Positions 17,308 to 26,221 are shown, counted from the stretch's first letter. The stretch is 64,000 nucleotides of DNA from an uncultured Planctomycetota bacterium (GCA_963708675.1 CAVPTO010000003.1:480288-544287), one strand, 5' to 3'. The notes: generated from the sequence alone by a model not told the origin. A program made the numbers and translations.

Positions 17308-18188
17308 CTAGCGCTTGCTCTTGATGGCGCGCTGCACGGCGGTGCCCATGTCGGCGGGGCTTTCGGCGATGGCGAAGCCGGCGGCCTCGAGAGCGGCGAT
17401 CTTTTCGGCGGCGGTCCCTTTGCCACCCGAGATGATCGCGCCGGCGTGACCCATGCGCTTGCCCGGAGGAGCGGCGCGGCCGGCGATGAACGCGGCGACC
17501 GGCTTGGTGACATGCTTCTTCACGTAGGCGGCGGCCTCTTCCTCGGCCGTGCCACCGATCTCACCGATCATCAGAATGGCTTCGGTCTTGGGGTCGGCTT
17601 CGTACATCTTGAACAAGTCGATCTGCGAAGTGCCGACGATCGGATCGCCGCCGAGACCGACGCAGGTCGATTGGCCGAGGCCAAGGCCGGTGAGCTGGAA
17701 GACGGCTTCGTAAGTCAGCGTGCCGCTGCGGCTCATGACGCCGACCGGGCCGGCCTTGTGGATGTAGCCGGGCATGATGCCGATCTTGCACTCGTCGGGC
17801 GTGATGACGCCGGGGCAGTTGGGGCCGATGAGGACCGACTTGCTGCGACGAATGATCGGATAGACGCGGGCCATGTCGAGGACGGGGACGCCTTCGGTGA
17901 TGGCGATGATCACACCGATGCCGGCGTCGGCCGCTTCGAGGATCGCGTCGGCAGTGAAGGCCGGCGGGACGAAGATCATCGTGGCGTTGGCGCCGGTTTT
18001 CTCGACAGCCTCGGCGACGGTGTCGAAGACGGGCAAGCCTTCGACGGTTTCGCCTGCCTTGCCTGGCGTGACGCCGCCGACCATCTTCGTGCCGTAGGCG
18101 AGGCAACCGCTTGGTGTGGAACTGACCCGACCTTGCCGGTGATTCCCTGGCAGATGACGCGGGTGTCTTTGTTGATCAGGATGCTCAT
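17308..18188 (-). CDS. sucD: Succinyl-CoA ligase (ADP-forming) subunit alpha; reading frame broken twice near the 5' end as assembled
   Basis: [22 protein letters not shown] reads from the ATG at 18188 in one frame. FHTKR (18121-18107) is in a second frame. [18 protein letters not shown]...[15 protein letters not shown] is in a third frame, corresponding to ORF 17308..18213. Extra bases are implied at about 18122 and 18106. Confidence 0.85.
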
Positions 18189-18200
18189 GGGGAGGCGACG

Positions 18201-18217
18201 CGCGAAACCGCAAGCGG
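18201..18217 (+). repeat. 17-mer CGCGAAACCGCAAGCGG, copy 3
   Basis: Exact 17-mer inside the 69 nt sucC-sucD spacer. Confidence 0.7.
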
Positions 18218-18257
18218 TGAAGTTAAGGTTGAACGAGCCAGTAGGTGGAAGCGACGG

Positions 18258-19449
18258 TTATTTAGGTTTCGCGGAAGCGACGACTTTTTTCGCGGCGTCG
18301 GTGAGGCCTTCGGCATTGATGATTGCGGCGCCGCTGGAGGCGAGAATCTTGCGGCCTTCTTCGACTTCGGTCCCTTCTAAGCGAACGACCAGCGGCACGT
18401 TGAAACCGACGGTCTTGTAGGCTTCGACAATGGCGGTGGCGATTGTCGTGCAACGCATGATGCCGCCGAAGATGTTCACGAGCACGGCCTTCACATTTTT
18501 GTCGTCAAGCAGAATGCGAAAGGCCTCGGTGACTTGCTCGACATTCGCGCCGCCGCCGACATCGAGGAAGTTGGCCGGCTGAACCGCCGTGGAGTTTGAT
18601 GAGGTCCATCGTGCTCATGGCGAGGCCCGCGCCGTTGACGAGGCAGCCGATGTTGCCGTCGAGCTGCACGTAGCTGAGGCCGGCGATGCCGGCACGAACT
18701 TCGGCAGGGTTCTCTTCGGTCAGGTCGCGGAACTCGGCGAGGTTCTTGTGACGGAAGATGGCGTTGTCGTCGAACGTCATCTTGGCATCGAGAGCGATCA
18801 GATCGCCGGCCTTGGTGACGACCAGCGGGTTGATTTCGAGCAGGCTGCAATCGTTGTCGAGAAACACGCGGCAGATGCCACGCATGAACTTATCGGCCGC
18901 GTTGAGCGAAGCGCCAGTGAGGCCAAGATGCGTGGCGAGCTTGCGAGCTTGGAACGGGTACAGGCCAGCCTCGGCGCTGAACGCTTCTTTGAAGATGCGT
19001 TCGGGCGTCTTGGCGGCGACCTCTTCGATATCCATGCCACCTTCGTTGGAAACCATCAGCACCGGCCCGGCGGCGCTGCGATCAACGACGATGCCGAGGT
19101 ACAGCTCGCGGGCGATTTCACAGCCAGCTTCGACCAGCACCTGACGAACGGTTTGACCAGACTCCCCGGTTTGAATCGTGACCAGGAGGTGATCGATGAG
19201 GTTCTTGGCGACGGTGGCTGCCTCGTCGGCGCTGCGGACGAGTTGGACGCCGCGTTGCTGCGGGATGTCCTTGATCGTGCCTTTGCCGCGGCCGCCGGCG
19301 TGAATTTGGGCCTTCACCACGGCGAGTTTGCCGCCCAGGCGGGCAAAAACGTCGGAGGCTTCTTTGGCCGATCGGGCGACGCCGCCGTCGGGGACTGGTA
19401 CGCCCGCCGAGCGCAGAATCTGCTTAGCCTGGAACTCGTGAATCTTCAT
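18258..19449 (-). CDS. sucC: Succinyl-CoA ligase (ADP-forming) subunit beta; single frameshift as assembled
   Basis: [20 protein letters not shown].. starts at the ATG at 19449 within ORF 18505..19689. After ..[10 protein letters not shown] the conserved [30 protein letters not shown].. continues in the frame of ORF 18258..18494. One extra base is implied at about 18579 (GGT TCA G CCG). Confidence 0.85.
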
Positions 19450-19681
19450 CAGTTGGAAAGCGGCAACGCCAGCATGAGCGGATGAGAAGCGGCGATTATA
19501 GCGCGACGCCGATGGCGTGGTCAACTGGCGGAACCCTCGCCGCCGCCGGAGGTTGAGCAACTTACGGACGTAGCCAATGCAATTAAGGCAAAGTAGAATC
19601 GTAGCTTTGAAGGGCACCGCGCACATTTCCCAGCGCCGCGGATTCCGCGTTTGTGGGGGCTCACACTTGGCTAGCGTTCGA

Positions 19682-20785
19682 ATGTTCACAGCTGCGACGT
19701 TTCATCGCGGCAATGACGTTACGGCTCGTCGCGTTCAACTTGGATCTTATGGTGTGGCGACGCTGGCGGTTGCGATCGCCACGATGCTGCGACTTCCGCT
19801 GCGTCCGTTGCTGGGCGACGCGATGCCATTTTTTCTGTTCACGCCGGCGGTGCTCATCGCGGCGTTTAACGGTGGCATCAAGCCAGGGTTGTTCGCAGTG
19901 GCTCTGAGTGCATTGGCGGGCGACTTCTTCTTTCAAGCCCCGATCTATTCGCTCACCCCGCAAAACTCGAAAGCTTTACTGACCACGTTCTTGTTCGTGC
20001 TGAACAGTGCGATGATCGCAGCGCTCGGGGCAGGATTGCATCGCGCCTGGCGCCAAGCCGAGTTGCACGCGTCGGAAACGATGAGCCATCTCGACCGCGT
20101 GTGGCAAAGCGAACAGCGATCGCGACGCCTGATCGAGACTGCGTTTGAAGGCATTTGGTCGCTCGATGTTTTTGGCACCGCGACGTTCGTGAACGCTCGG
20201 ATCGCCGAAATGCTCGGCTACCCGCTGAGCCGTGTGACGTCGCGACCGGTGTTGGACTTCGTCTTTGACGAAGACCGAGAGGCCATGCAATCGCGTCTCG
20301 ACGCACTGCATGGCGGAGGCGTCGATGTCTTTGAGTTCCGCTTTCGCAAACGCGACGGATCGCCTTTGTGGTGCATGGTCTCGGTTCGATCGATCTTGGA
20401 TCGCGACGACGTGTATCTCGGTTGCTTACTAATGGTGACCGACATCAGCGAGCGAATCCTTGAGAAAGCTGCGGCGCAAAACGAACGACGACGCGTCCGG
20501 CACCGGATCGGACAGCTCAGCACGTCGCTTCAAGAAATTCTGATCGATCTTCGCCATGCCGAGTCGACGTCGTCCACGACCTCAGACGACCTGCGATCTT
20601 CCATCGAGCAGCTTTCGCACCTGGCCGATTTGTCGACACGAACGGCGGAACAACTAGCTTGCGATCCTGCTCGCATATCGACTTCTCGGTATGCCTCGAG
20701 CCCGGCCACGTCAGTTGCCGGTCACGCGCTCAGCAACCGAGCGAGCAACGAAGTGGCCACCGCCCTCGTTTCCAGTCCTTCTTAG
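19682..20785 (+). CDS. Membrane sensor: DUF4118-like TM domain + PAS + degenerate HisKA_3-like helix, no ATPase domain
   Basis: The ATG at 19682 gives MFTAATF... TM block [55 protein letters not shown]-like segment [50 protein letters not shown]. Then [20 protein letters not shown] and a Ser/Thr-rich tail. No N/G1/G2 boxes were seen. Confidence 0.6.
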   Translation: MFTAATFHRGNDVTARRVQLGSYGVATLAVAIATMLRLPLRPLLGDAMPFFLFTPAVLIAAFNGGIKPGLFAVALSALAGDFFFQAPIYSLTPQNSKALLTTFLFVLNSAMIAALGAGLHRAWRQAELHASETMSHLDRVWQSEQRSRRLIETAFEGIWSLDVFGTATFVNARIAEMLGYPLSRVTSRPVLDFVFDEDREAMQSRLDALHGGGVDVFEFRFRKRDGSPLWCMVSVRSILDRDDVYLGCLLMVTDISERILEKAAAQNERRRVRHRIGQLSTSLQEILIDLRHAESTSSTTSDDLRSSIEQLSHLADLSTRTAEQLACDPARISTSRYASSPATSVAGHALSNRASNEVATALVSSPS

Positions 20786-20908
20786 GGGCATCCGCCCCAC
20801 GATTTCTAGGCTTTTCTAGCCGCACGGGGGGTCGCCAGATGGTGGCTCTGACCGGGGGGTGATGCTAAGATTAAGGAGCATCACGCACCCGAACCTAGGA
20901 AGGACGGA

Positions 20909-21541
20909 ATGAGCTTGAAGGTACTCATTGCTGACGATCACGAGGTAGTTCGCTCGGGCCTGAAGAATCTGTTGGCCGGGACGGAGTTTGAAATTGTCGC
21001 CGAGGCCACCAACGGTGAAGAGGCCGTGAAGATGGCCTCAAAGTTCAAACCCGACATCGTGCTGCTCGACATCCGCATGCCCGAGGTCGACGGCCTCACG
21101 GCGCTCGGTCGCATCAAGATGGCCCATCCCGACATGCCCGTCCTCATCGTCTCAACCTACGACAATCCGACATACGTCGCACGGGCGGTGGCTTTGGGAG
21201 CAAGCGGGTATCTGTCGAAGGGATTCAGCCGTGAGGAGTTCCTCGGGGCGTTCCGCAAGGTCGCTTCCGGCGAAGACGCTTGGACTCGCGACGAGCTTCG
21301 CCGCGTCACCGGCGCGTTGGCCACGCCTCGCATGAGTGGCGACGTCGATGTGCCACTCACCCAGCGCGAGAGCGAAGTCCTTCGCCAGCTCGCCCTCGGG
21401 CTGACCAACAAGGAAATCGGCCAAGCCCTGGGCATCAGCTACGAGACGGTGAAAGAGCACGTCCAGCACATCTTGCGGAAGATCGGCGTCACCGATCGCA
21501 CCCAGGCCGCCGTGTGGGCTGTACGCAAGGGGCTTGTGTAG
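20909..21541 (+). CDS. NarL/LuxR-family response regulator (REC + HTH_LuxR)
   Basis: VLIADDHEVVRSGL...VLLDIRMPEVDG, and C-terminal LTQRESEVLRQLALGLTNKEIGQALGISYETVKEHVQHILRKIGV. GGAAGGA Shine-Dalgarno upstream. Confidence 0.9.
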   Translation: MSLKVLIADDHEVVRSGLKNLLAGTEFEIVAEATNGEEAVKMASKFKPDIVLLDIRMPEVDGLTALGRIKMAHPDMPVLIVSTYDNPTYVARAVALGASGYLSKGFSREEFLGAFRKVASGEDAWTRDELRRVTGALATPRMSGDVDVPLTQRESEVLRQLALGLTNKEIGQALGISYETVKEHVQHILRKIGVTDRTQAAVWAVRKGLV

Positions 21542-21614
21542 CGGTCGGTCGCTAGGTTCTAGTTGCTGGTTGATGTAAGCAAACGATCAGCAACCATCCT
21601 CCCGCAACCCAGCA

Positions 21615-22967
21615 ATGCCTAAGCCCACCGATATCCGCCTCGTCGCGTTCGATCTGAACGTCGAACGCATTGCCTACCGCGCCCCGATGAAGTTCGGTGG
21701 CCGCGTGGTCACCGACGCCGTCATCGCCACCGTCACCGCCGAGGTCGAGACCCGCGATGGCCGGCGCGGCCGCGGCACGGGGTCGATGCCGCTGAGCAAC
21801 GTCTGGGCGTGGCCAAGCTCGCGCGTCGCCACCGATCAAACGCTCGCCGCCATGGAGCAGTTCCTTGACCGCGCACTCAGCGATGCCCGCGCCTATCGCG
21901 GCACGGGGCATCCACTCGAAATCACGCACGATCTGTCGCACGGTCACGCGGCCATCGCAACGGCGATCGTTGGCGAGCTAGATCTCGCCGAACCGATGCC
22001 ACGCCTCGCGCAGCTTGTCGCGGCCAGCCCCATCGAGGCCGCCATCCACGACGCTTACGGCAAGACGCTCGGCCAAAACTCGTACAACCTGCTGAGCGCC
22101 GAATACGCCAACCGCGACATCGGCAGCTATCTCAATGCCGACTTCGCAGGCGAGTACCTCGACCAGTACACGCTGCGCGAGCCGAAAGCGCGCATGCCGC
22201 TGTATCACCTCGTCGGCGCTCTCGACCCACTCACTGACGCCGACATCCCGCAACGTCTCAACGACGGCCTGCCCGAAACGCTTGGTGAGTGGATCACTGC
22301 CGACGGCCTCACCCATCTCAAGATCAAGCTCAACGGCGACGACCTGGCATGGGACGTTGCTCGTGTTGCAAGCATCGAAGCCATCGCCGCCCCCGTCCAG
22401 CAAGGTCGCGGCTGCACCGCTTGGAACTACTCCTGCGACTTCAACGAGAAGTGTGCGAGCGTCGAGTACGTCCTCGACTTCCTCGCCAAGTTGAAAGAGC
22501 GATCGCCGCAGGCGCTCGACCGCGTGCAGTACATCGAACAGCCCACGCATCGCGACCTGCGGGCCCACATGCAAAACCGCATGCACGCCGCCGCGAAGAT
22601 CAAACCCGTCGTCATCGACGAGTCGCTGGTCGATTTCGACAGCTTGCTCCTCTGTCGCGAGCTGGGCTACTCAGGCGTCGCCCTCAAAGCCTGCAAAGGC
22701 CACAGCGAAGCCCTGCTCATGGGCGCCGCCGCGCAGAAGTACGGCATGTTCCTCTGCGTCCAAGACCTCACCTGCCCCGGCTACTCATTCCTTCACTCTG
22801 CGAGCCTCTCCGCTCGCCTTCCCACGGTGGCCGCCATCGAAGGCAACGCGCGCCAATACTGCCCCCGCGGCAACGACGGCTGGCGCGACCGCTTCCCCAC
22901 GATGTTCCACATCACCGACGGCACCCTCGGCACCGCCGCCCTCAACGGCCCCGGGCTCGGCTTCTAA
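21615..22967 (+). CDS. Enolase-superfamily (mandelate racemase/muconate lactonizing enzyme-like) protein
   Basis: 450 aa with LTHLKIKLNGDDLAWDV (KxK), CDFNEKC, YIEQP, VVIDESL, and GYSGVALKACKGHSEALLMGAAAQKYGMFLCVQDL. Confidence 0.65.
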   Translation: MPKPTDIRLVAFDLNVERIAYRAPMKFGGRVVTDAVIATVTAEVETRDGRRGRGTGSMPLSNVWAWPSSRVATDQTLAAMEQFLDRALSDARAYRGTGHPLEITHDLSHGHAAIATAIVGELDLAEPMPRLAQLVAASPIEAAIHDAYGKTLGQNSYNLLSAEYANRDIGSYLNADFAGEYLDQYTLREPKARMPLYHLVGALDPLTDADIPQRLNDGLPETLGEWITADGLTHLKIKLNGDDLAWDVARVASIEAIAAPVQQGRGCTAWNYSCDFNEKCASVEYVLDFLAKLKERSPQALDRVQYIEQPTHRDLRAHMQNRMHAAAKIKPVVIDESLVDFDSLLLCRELGYSGVALKACKGHSEALLMGAAAQKYGMFLCVQDLTCPGYSFLHSASLSARLPTVAAIEGNARQYCPRGNDGWRDRFPTMFHITDGTLGTAALNGPGLGF

Positions 22968-23019
22968 TCTTCTCCGTCAACCTTCTCGCATCGCTCTCCA
23001 CCGCTTGCCTCTTCGCGGA

Positions 23020-23036
23020 CCGCTTGCGTTTTCGCG
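23020..23036 (-). repeat. 17-mer motif, 1-mismatch copy (CCGCTTGCGTTTTCGCG on + strand)
   Basis: About 50 nt after the stop at 22967, adjacent to the 43 bp palindrome element, as in the 17167-17255 arrangement. Confidence 0.55.
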
Positions 23037-23042
23037 CGTTCA

Positions 23043-23085
23043 TTATTGCGCACCCTATAGACACGGGTTCTCGCGCAATAACCCC
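23043..23085. repeat. 43 bp palindrome-containing element, exact reverse complement of 17167..17209
   Basis: TTATTGCGCACCCTATAGACACGGGTTCTCGCGCAATAAcccc. Confidence 0.85.
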
Positions 23086-23089
23086 GTCT

Positions 23090-23352
23090 GAATTGAACCA
23101 AAAAGAACGCAGAGGTCGCAGAATTCAATCCCAGAATACAACCACGGAGTCACGGAGACACGGAGTACAACACGAAGAACAGCCACTAGGAAATCAACCA
23201 CAGATGCACACAGATTTACACAGATGAATTTCAAAAAAGGAATTCAATCGCACCCCCATCTCTCCTCACTTATCTGTGTTCATCCGTGTGCATCCGTGGT
23301 TTTTTTCTGACTGCTCTCGCTCTTCTCCGCGACCTCCGCGTCCCCTGCGGTT
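23090..23352. repeat. Mosaic inverted-repeat region (same module family as 16870..17160)
   Basis: Left side: gaacgcagaggtcgcag, caaccacggagtcacggagacacggag, caaccacagatgcacacagatttacacagatgaa. Then an AT-rich centre. Right side: cttatctgtgttcatccgtgtgcatccgtggtt and ctccgcgacctccgcgtcccctgcggttaa. 23035-23227 is about 80% identical, without indels, to the reverse complement of 17025-17215. Confidence 0.75.
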
Positions 23353-23412
23353 AACTCTCCCATTCTTTTATTCCCTTGAAACTATGCCACCTTTTCCGCT
23401 ACTCTTCGCAGC

Positions 23413-23869
23413 ATGGTTAGGCCGCTGAAATTGGATGATCAGCAGCGTCGCACGTTCTGTGCGTTGGTCTCGGTTGGCCTCAGCCAGCGGAAGGCCGCCC
23501 GCCACCTCGGTTTCTCGTCCGGAGCGATTCGTCACCTCGCCGGTCGCGATCCGCAGTTCGCCGAGATGTTGCGTTCCGCGACGACCAACTGCGAGCTCTC
23601 GCACTTGCAGAACATCCGCGACGCCGGCAAACGGAGCTGGCGCAAGCGCCTGGTTCCTCGAACGCGTGCACCATCACGACTACGCACCACGCCGCCCGCA
23701 AACCTTCACCGTCGACGACATCCGCACCTTCCTCGAAGCCCTCGGCAGCATCATCGCCACCGCCATTCCCACCGACGACGTACGCCGCGACGTTCTCTCA
23801 CGCATCAAGCAACTCTTCTACACCCAGAAACGCACGCTGCATCGCGGAACCAAACCCCGCCGGAAGTAA
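23413..23869 (+). CDS. Helix-turn-helix protein (terminase-small-subunit-like / phage-type HTH); frameshifted as assembled
   Basis: MVRPLKLDDQQRRTFCALVSVGLSQRKAARHLGFSSGAIRHLAGRDPQFAEML..GKRSW in ORF 23413.. continues as ASAWFLERVHHHDYAPRRPQTFTVDDIRTFLEALG.. in ORF 23435..23869. One extra base is implied at about 23641 (TGG C GCA AGC). Confidence 0.55.
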
Positions 23870-23912
23870 CAACCACAACTACGGAGGGCTCAACAAAAAA
23901 CCGCCTCGGCCT

Positions 23913-23980
23913 GCTTAGCCGACGCGTCCACGCGACGGTCTCCGGGTTGTGGACAACCCGGCTAAGCGGCTTTGAAACAC
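23913..23980 (+). repeat. Structured three-way-junction repeat, copy 1
   Basis: Outer stem GCTTAGCC/GGCTAAGC encloses hairpins CCGACGCG-tcca-CGCGACGG and CCGGGTTG-tgga-CAACCCGG. The second copy is at 33018..33087. Confidence 0.75.
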
Positions 23981-24110
23981 GTCGTTTAGCTGGCGGCTGA
24001 ACCGACCCCCCATCGCACGCCTCGCCACGACCACGAACGAACGATCCGACCATCGGCAACTCGCATCGCGCACGTGTTCCGATCTTCCCGATCCCTCGAC
24101 GAGGCGTACC

Positions 24111-24887
24111 GTGCTATTCGATCCCAAACGCGCGAAGAACCTGCGATCCACTCAGCCGCCGTCGTTCCCGTACCATCCTTATCGCGATGGCTACAGCGTG
24201 CTCCCGGGCCTATCCCGCCTCGGCGACGAGCCGATCTTCCACGTCGACGAGCAGTTGGACGAATACCTCGCCGCCAAGCGTGCCGTCACGCACGAGCCGC
24301 ATCACGAACACGACTTGAATCCGCACGTGATGTCCGCCGTCTGCCGCTTTCTGCACGATCGTCTCCTGATCGAGCATCCGCGCTTTCAGCCGACGCTCAA
24401 CTTCTCTCAGATCGCGATGCAAATCCAAGAAGACATGGTGATCCACCAGATGTCAGGCGATCGCGATTGGATGGCCGCCTGTCACGTCTGTCTGCCGAGT
24501 CACTGGCGGCCCGAAGAAAAGATCGGTCAATCCTTCCAAGAGATTCACATGCCCGTCCCCGGCATGCTCAGCAACCGGCAGCTTGTGCGCTCGATGCTCA
24601 AAGGCCCGTTCTACCGATTCGTGTGGGGCCTCTCGTTCGACCGCCGCCTGAACTGCCATCCCGATCAACCTTGCGCGTCGTTCATGGGCCGCGTCTGGGT
24701 CAAAGTCGAACGCCAGATCATCTACGGCTTTCCCGAGCTCGAAGCCGCCCTGTTCATCATCCGACCCTACCTCGTCGACCCCGACCTGCCGCACCTCAAA
24801 ACCGCCATCCTCTCAATGACCCCCGAGCAGCGCGAGTACAAGCACATCCCCAACGAGTTTGTGTCGTGGCTCAAACAATCGGAATGA
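24111..24887 (+). CDS. DUF3445-family protein (heme-dependent oxidative N-demethylase-like fold family)
   Basis: 258 aa ORF. QIQEDMVIHQMSGDRDWMAACHVCLPSHWRPEEKIGQSFQEIHMPVPG matches my recollection of the DUF3445 core. It is nested in the overlapping 24074..26221 ORF call. Confidence 0.65.
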   Translation: MLFDPKRAKNLRSTQPPSFPYHPYRDGYSVLPGLSRLGDEPIFHVDEQLDEYLAAKRAVTHEPHHEHDLNPHVMSAVCRFLHDRLLIEHPRFQPTLNFSQIAMQIQEDMVIHQMSGDRDWMAACHVCLPSHWRPEEKIGQSFQEIHMPVPGMLSNRQLVRSMLKGPFYRFVWGLSFDRRLNCHPDQPCASFMGRVWVKVERQIIYGFPELEAALFIIRPYLVDPDLPHLKTAILSMTPEQREYKHIPNEFVSWLKQSE

Positions 24888-24928
24888 AACCGTGCTATAA
24901 ACAAAGGCGCTCGAACCTGGAGATAACC

Positions 24929-26221
24929 ATGGCAACGACAATCGTTCGATCGCGGAAAGTGCCGGGGGCGCGTTCAGTGTGGTTGACGACGTCACGGCGT
25001 GCGGTGTCATTTCTCATTTCGAGTCTCACGCTTCTGGTAGGAGTCGTGGGTGCCGATGCTCCACCGGCTGATCCGCAGATCGAAGACCTCGCAACGGCGC
25101 GGGCGGATGCGGTCAATCAGCTTGGCCTCGACGTGTTTCGTCAAAGCACCGCGCCCGCCAAGAACGCGATCTTTTCGCCCACAGGACTCGACGAAGCACT
25201 AGCGTGCATCTGCCTCGGTGCTCGCGGTCGCACGGCCGAGCAACTTGCCGCCGCTCTTCGCGTCGAAGCCAGCGCGTCGAGCGAAAAGCTCTCCGCCTTG
25301 CACAAGGTCATGCTCGCCGAAAACGAGGCCGGCGACGGACAGACAATCCTTCGCCTCGCGGCGGGTCTGTGGGTCGCTCCCAAGTTTCCCATCGACGCGG
25401 CATACGTAAAGCTCGTCGAGACCTCGTTCGACGGCACGTCGCAACCGCTGAACTTCGCTAATCCTCAGTCGGCCGCCGATTCCATCAACGCCTGGTGCGG
25501 TAAGCAGACGGCCGGCAAGATCGACCACGTCATCGACGCCCAGGCACTCGCCGCCGACACGCCGCTGGTGCTTACCACGGCGGTCTACTTCAAGGGTCCA
25601 TGGGCGATTCAGTTCGAGCCGAAGAACTCGCGCATGGAGCATTTTCACGTCGCGGCGAACAGGACGGTCGACGTGCCGATGATGCACCTGAGCGAGTCCA
25701 TGTACTACGCATCGCTCGACGACTGCCAGGCCCTCGAGATGCCGTATGGCACGGGGCAGTGGTCGATGCTCGTGCTGCTGCCGCACGCTACGAAGAGCGT
25801 GATCGACGTCGAGCGCGCCCTCACTGCTGACCGGCTCCGCAAGCTCGACGAAGGCTTTGATTACAAGAAGGTGAACTTATCTCTGCCACGCTTCAAGTTC
25901 TCCTCCGGCAACTCGCTCAAGCCGGCCCTCACTAAAGTCGGCATCACCGACGCCTTTTCCTCTTCCGCCGACTTCACCGGCATTTCGACCTCCGGCGGCC
26001 TCTATCTTTCCGACGTGATCCAGAAGGCCATGATCGACGTGAACGAGTATGGCACCGAGGCCGCCGCAGTGACGGTCGAAGTCTTCGGCGCCACCGCGAT
26101 GCCCTCCGAGCGGCCCGTCGACTTCCGCGCCGATCGTCCCTTCCTCTTCTTCCTCCGCCACAATCAAACCGGGGCAATTCTTTTTCAAGGCCGCGTCGTC
26201 GACCCGAAGGCAGCGATATAG
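24929..26221 (+). CDS. Secreted serpin-family protease inhibitor
   Basis: In-frame ATG at 24929 within ORF 24074..26221. TM/signal segment AVSFLISSLTLLVGVVGA. Hinge plus reactive-centre loop EYGTEAAAVTVEVFGATAMPSERP, then the serpin signature DFRADRPFLFFLRHNQTGAILFQGRVVDP. Confidence 0.85.
   Translation: MATTIVRSRKVPGARSVWLTTSRRAVSFLISSLTLLVGVVGADAPPADPQIEDLATARADAVNQLGLDVFRQSTAPAKNAIFSPTGLDEALACICLGARGRTAEQLAAALRVEASASSEKLSALHKVMLAENEAGDGQTILRLAAGLWVAPKFPIDAAYVKLVETSFDGTSQPLNFANPQSAADSINAWCGKQTAGKIDHVIDAQALAADTPLVLTTAVYFKGPWAIQFEPKNSRMEHFHVAANRTVDVPMMHLSESMYYASLDDCQALEMPYGTGQWSMLVLLPHATKSVIDVERALTADRLRKLDEGFDYKKVNLSLPRFKFSSGNSLKPALTKVGITDAFSSSADFTGISTSGGLYLSDVIQKAMIDVNEYGTEAAAVTVEVFGATAMPSERPVDFRADRPFLFFLRHNQTGAILFQGRVVDPKAAI

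Noticed and set aside
18090-18590. Programmed ribosomal frameshifting or transcriptional slippage in sucC/sucD
   Set aside because: There is no slippery heptamer or long homopolymer at the sites. sucD would need two same-direction shifts 16 nt apart. Similar lesions occur in unrelated genes across the window, which favours error or decay.
17188-19485. Plus-strand ORFs 17188..18420 and 18589..19485 antisense to sucCD
   Set aside because: They are Gly/Asp/Ala/Arg shadow frames. The minus strand encodes unmistakable SucC and SucD.
22289-23227. 312 aa Arg-rich ORF and its mirror 17025..17513
   Set aside because: Both are off-frame readings of a real gene followed by the mosaic repeat. The shared 65 aa similarity reflects nucleotide repeat conservation, and all the differences are non-synonymous.
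24074-24928. The first 285 codons of the 715 aa ORF 24074..26221
   Set aside because: This stretch is Arg/Pro-rich junk that overlaps the well-formed DUF3445 gene in another frame. The serpin begins at the in-frame ATG at 24929 with its own TM/signal segment.
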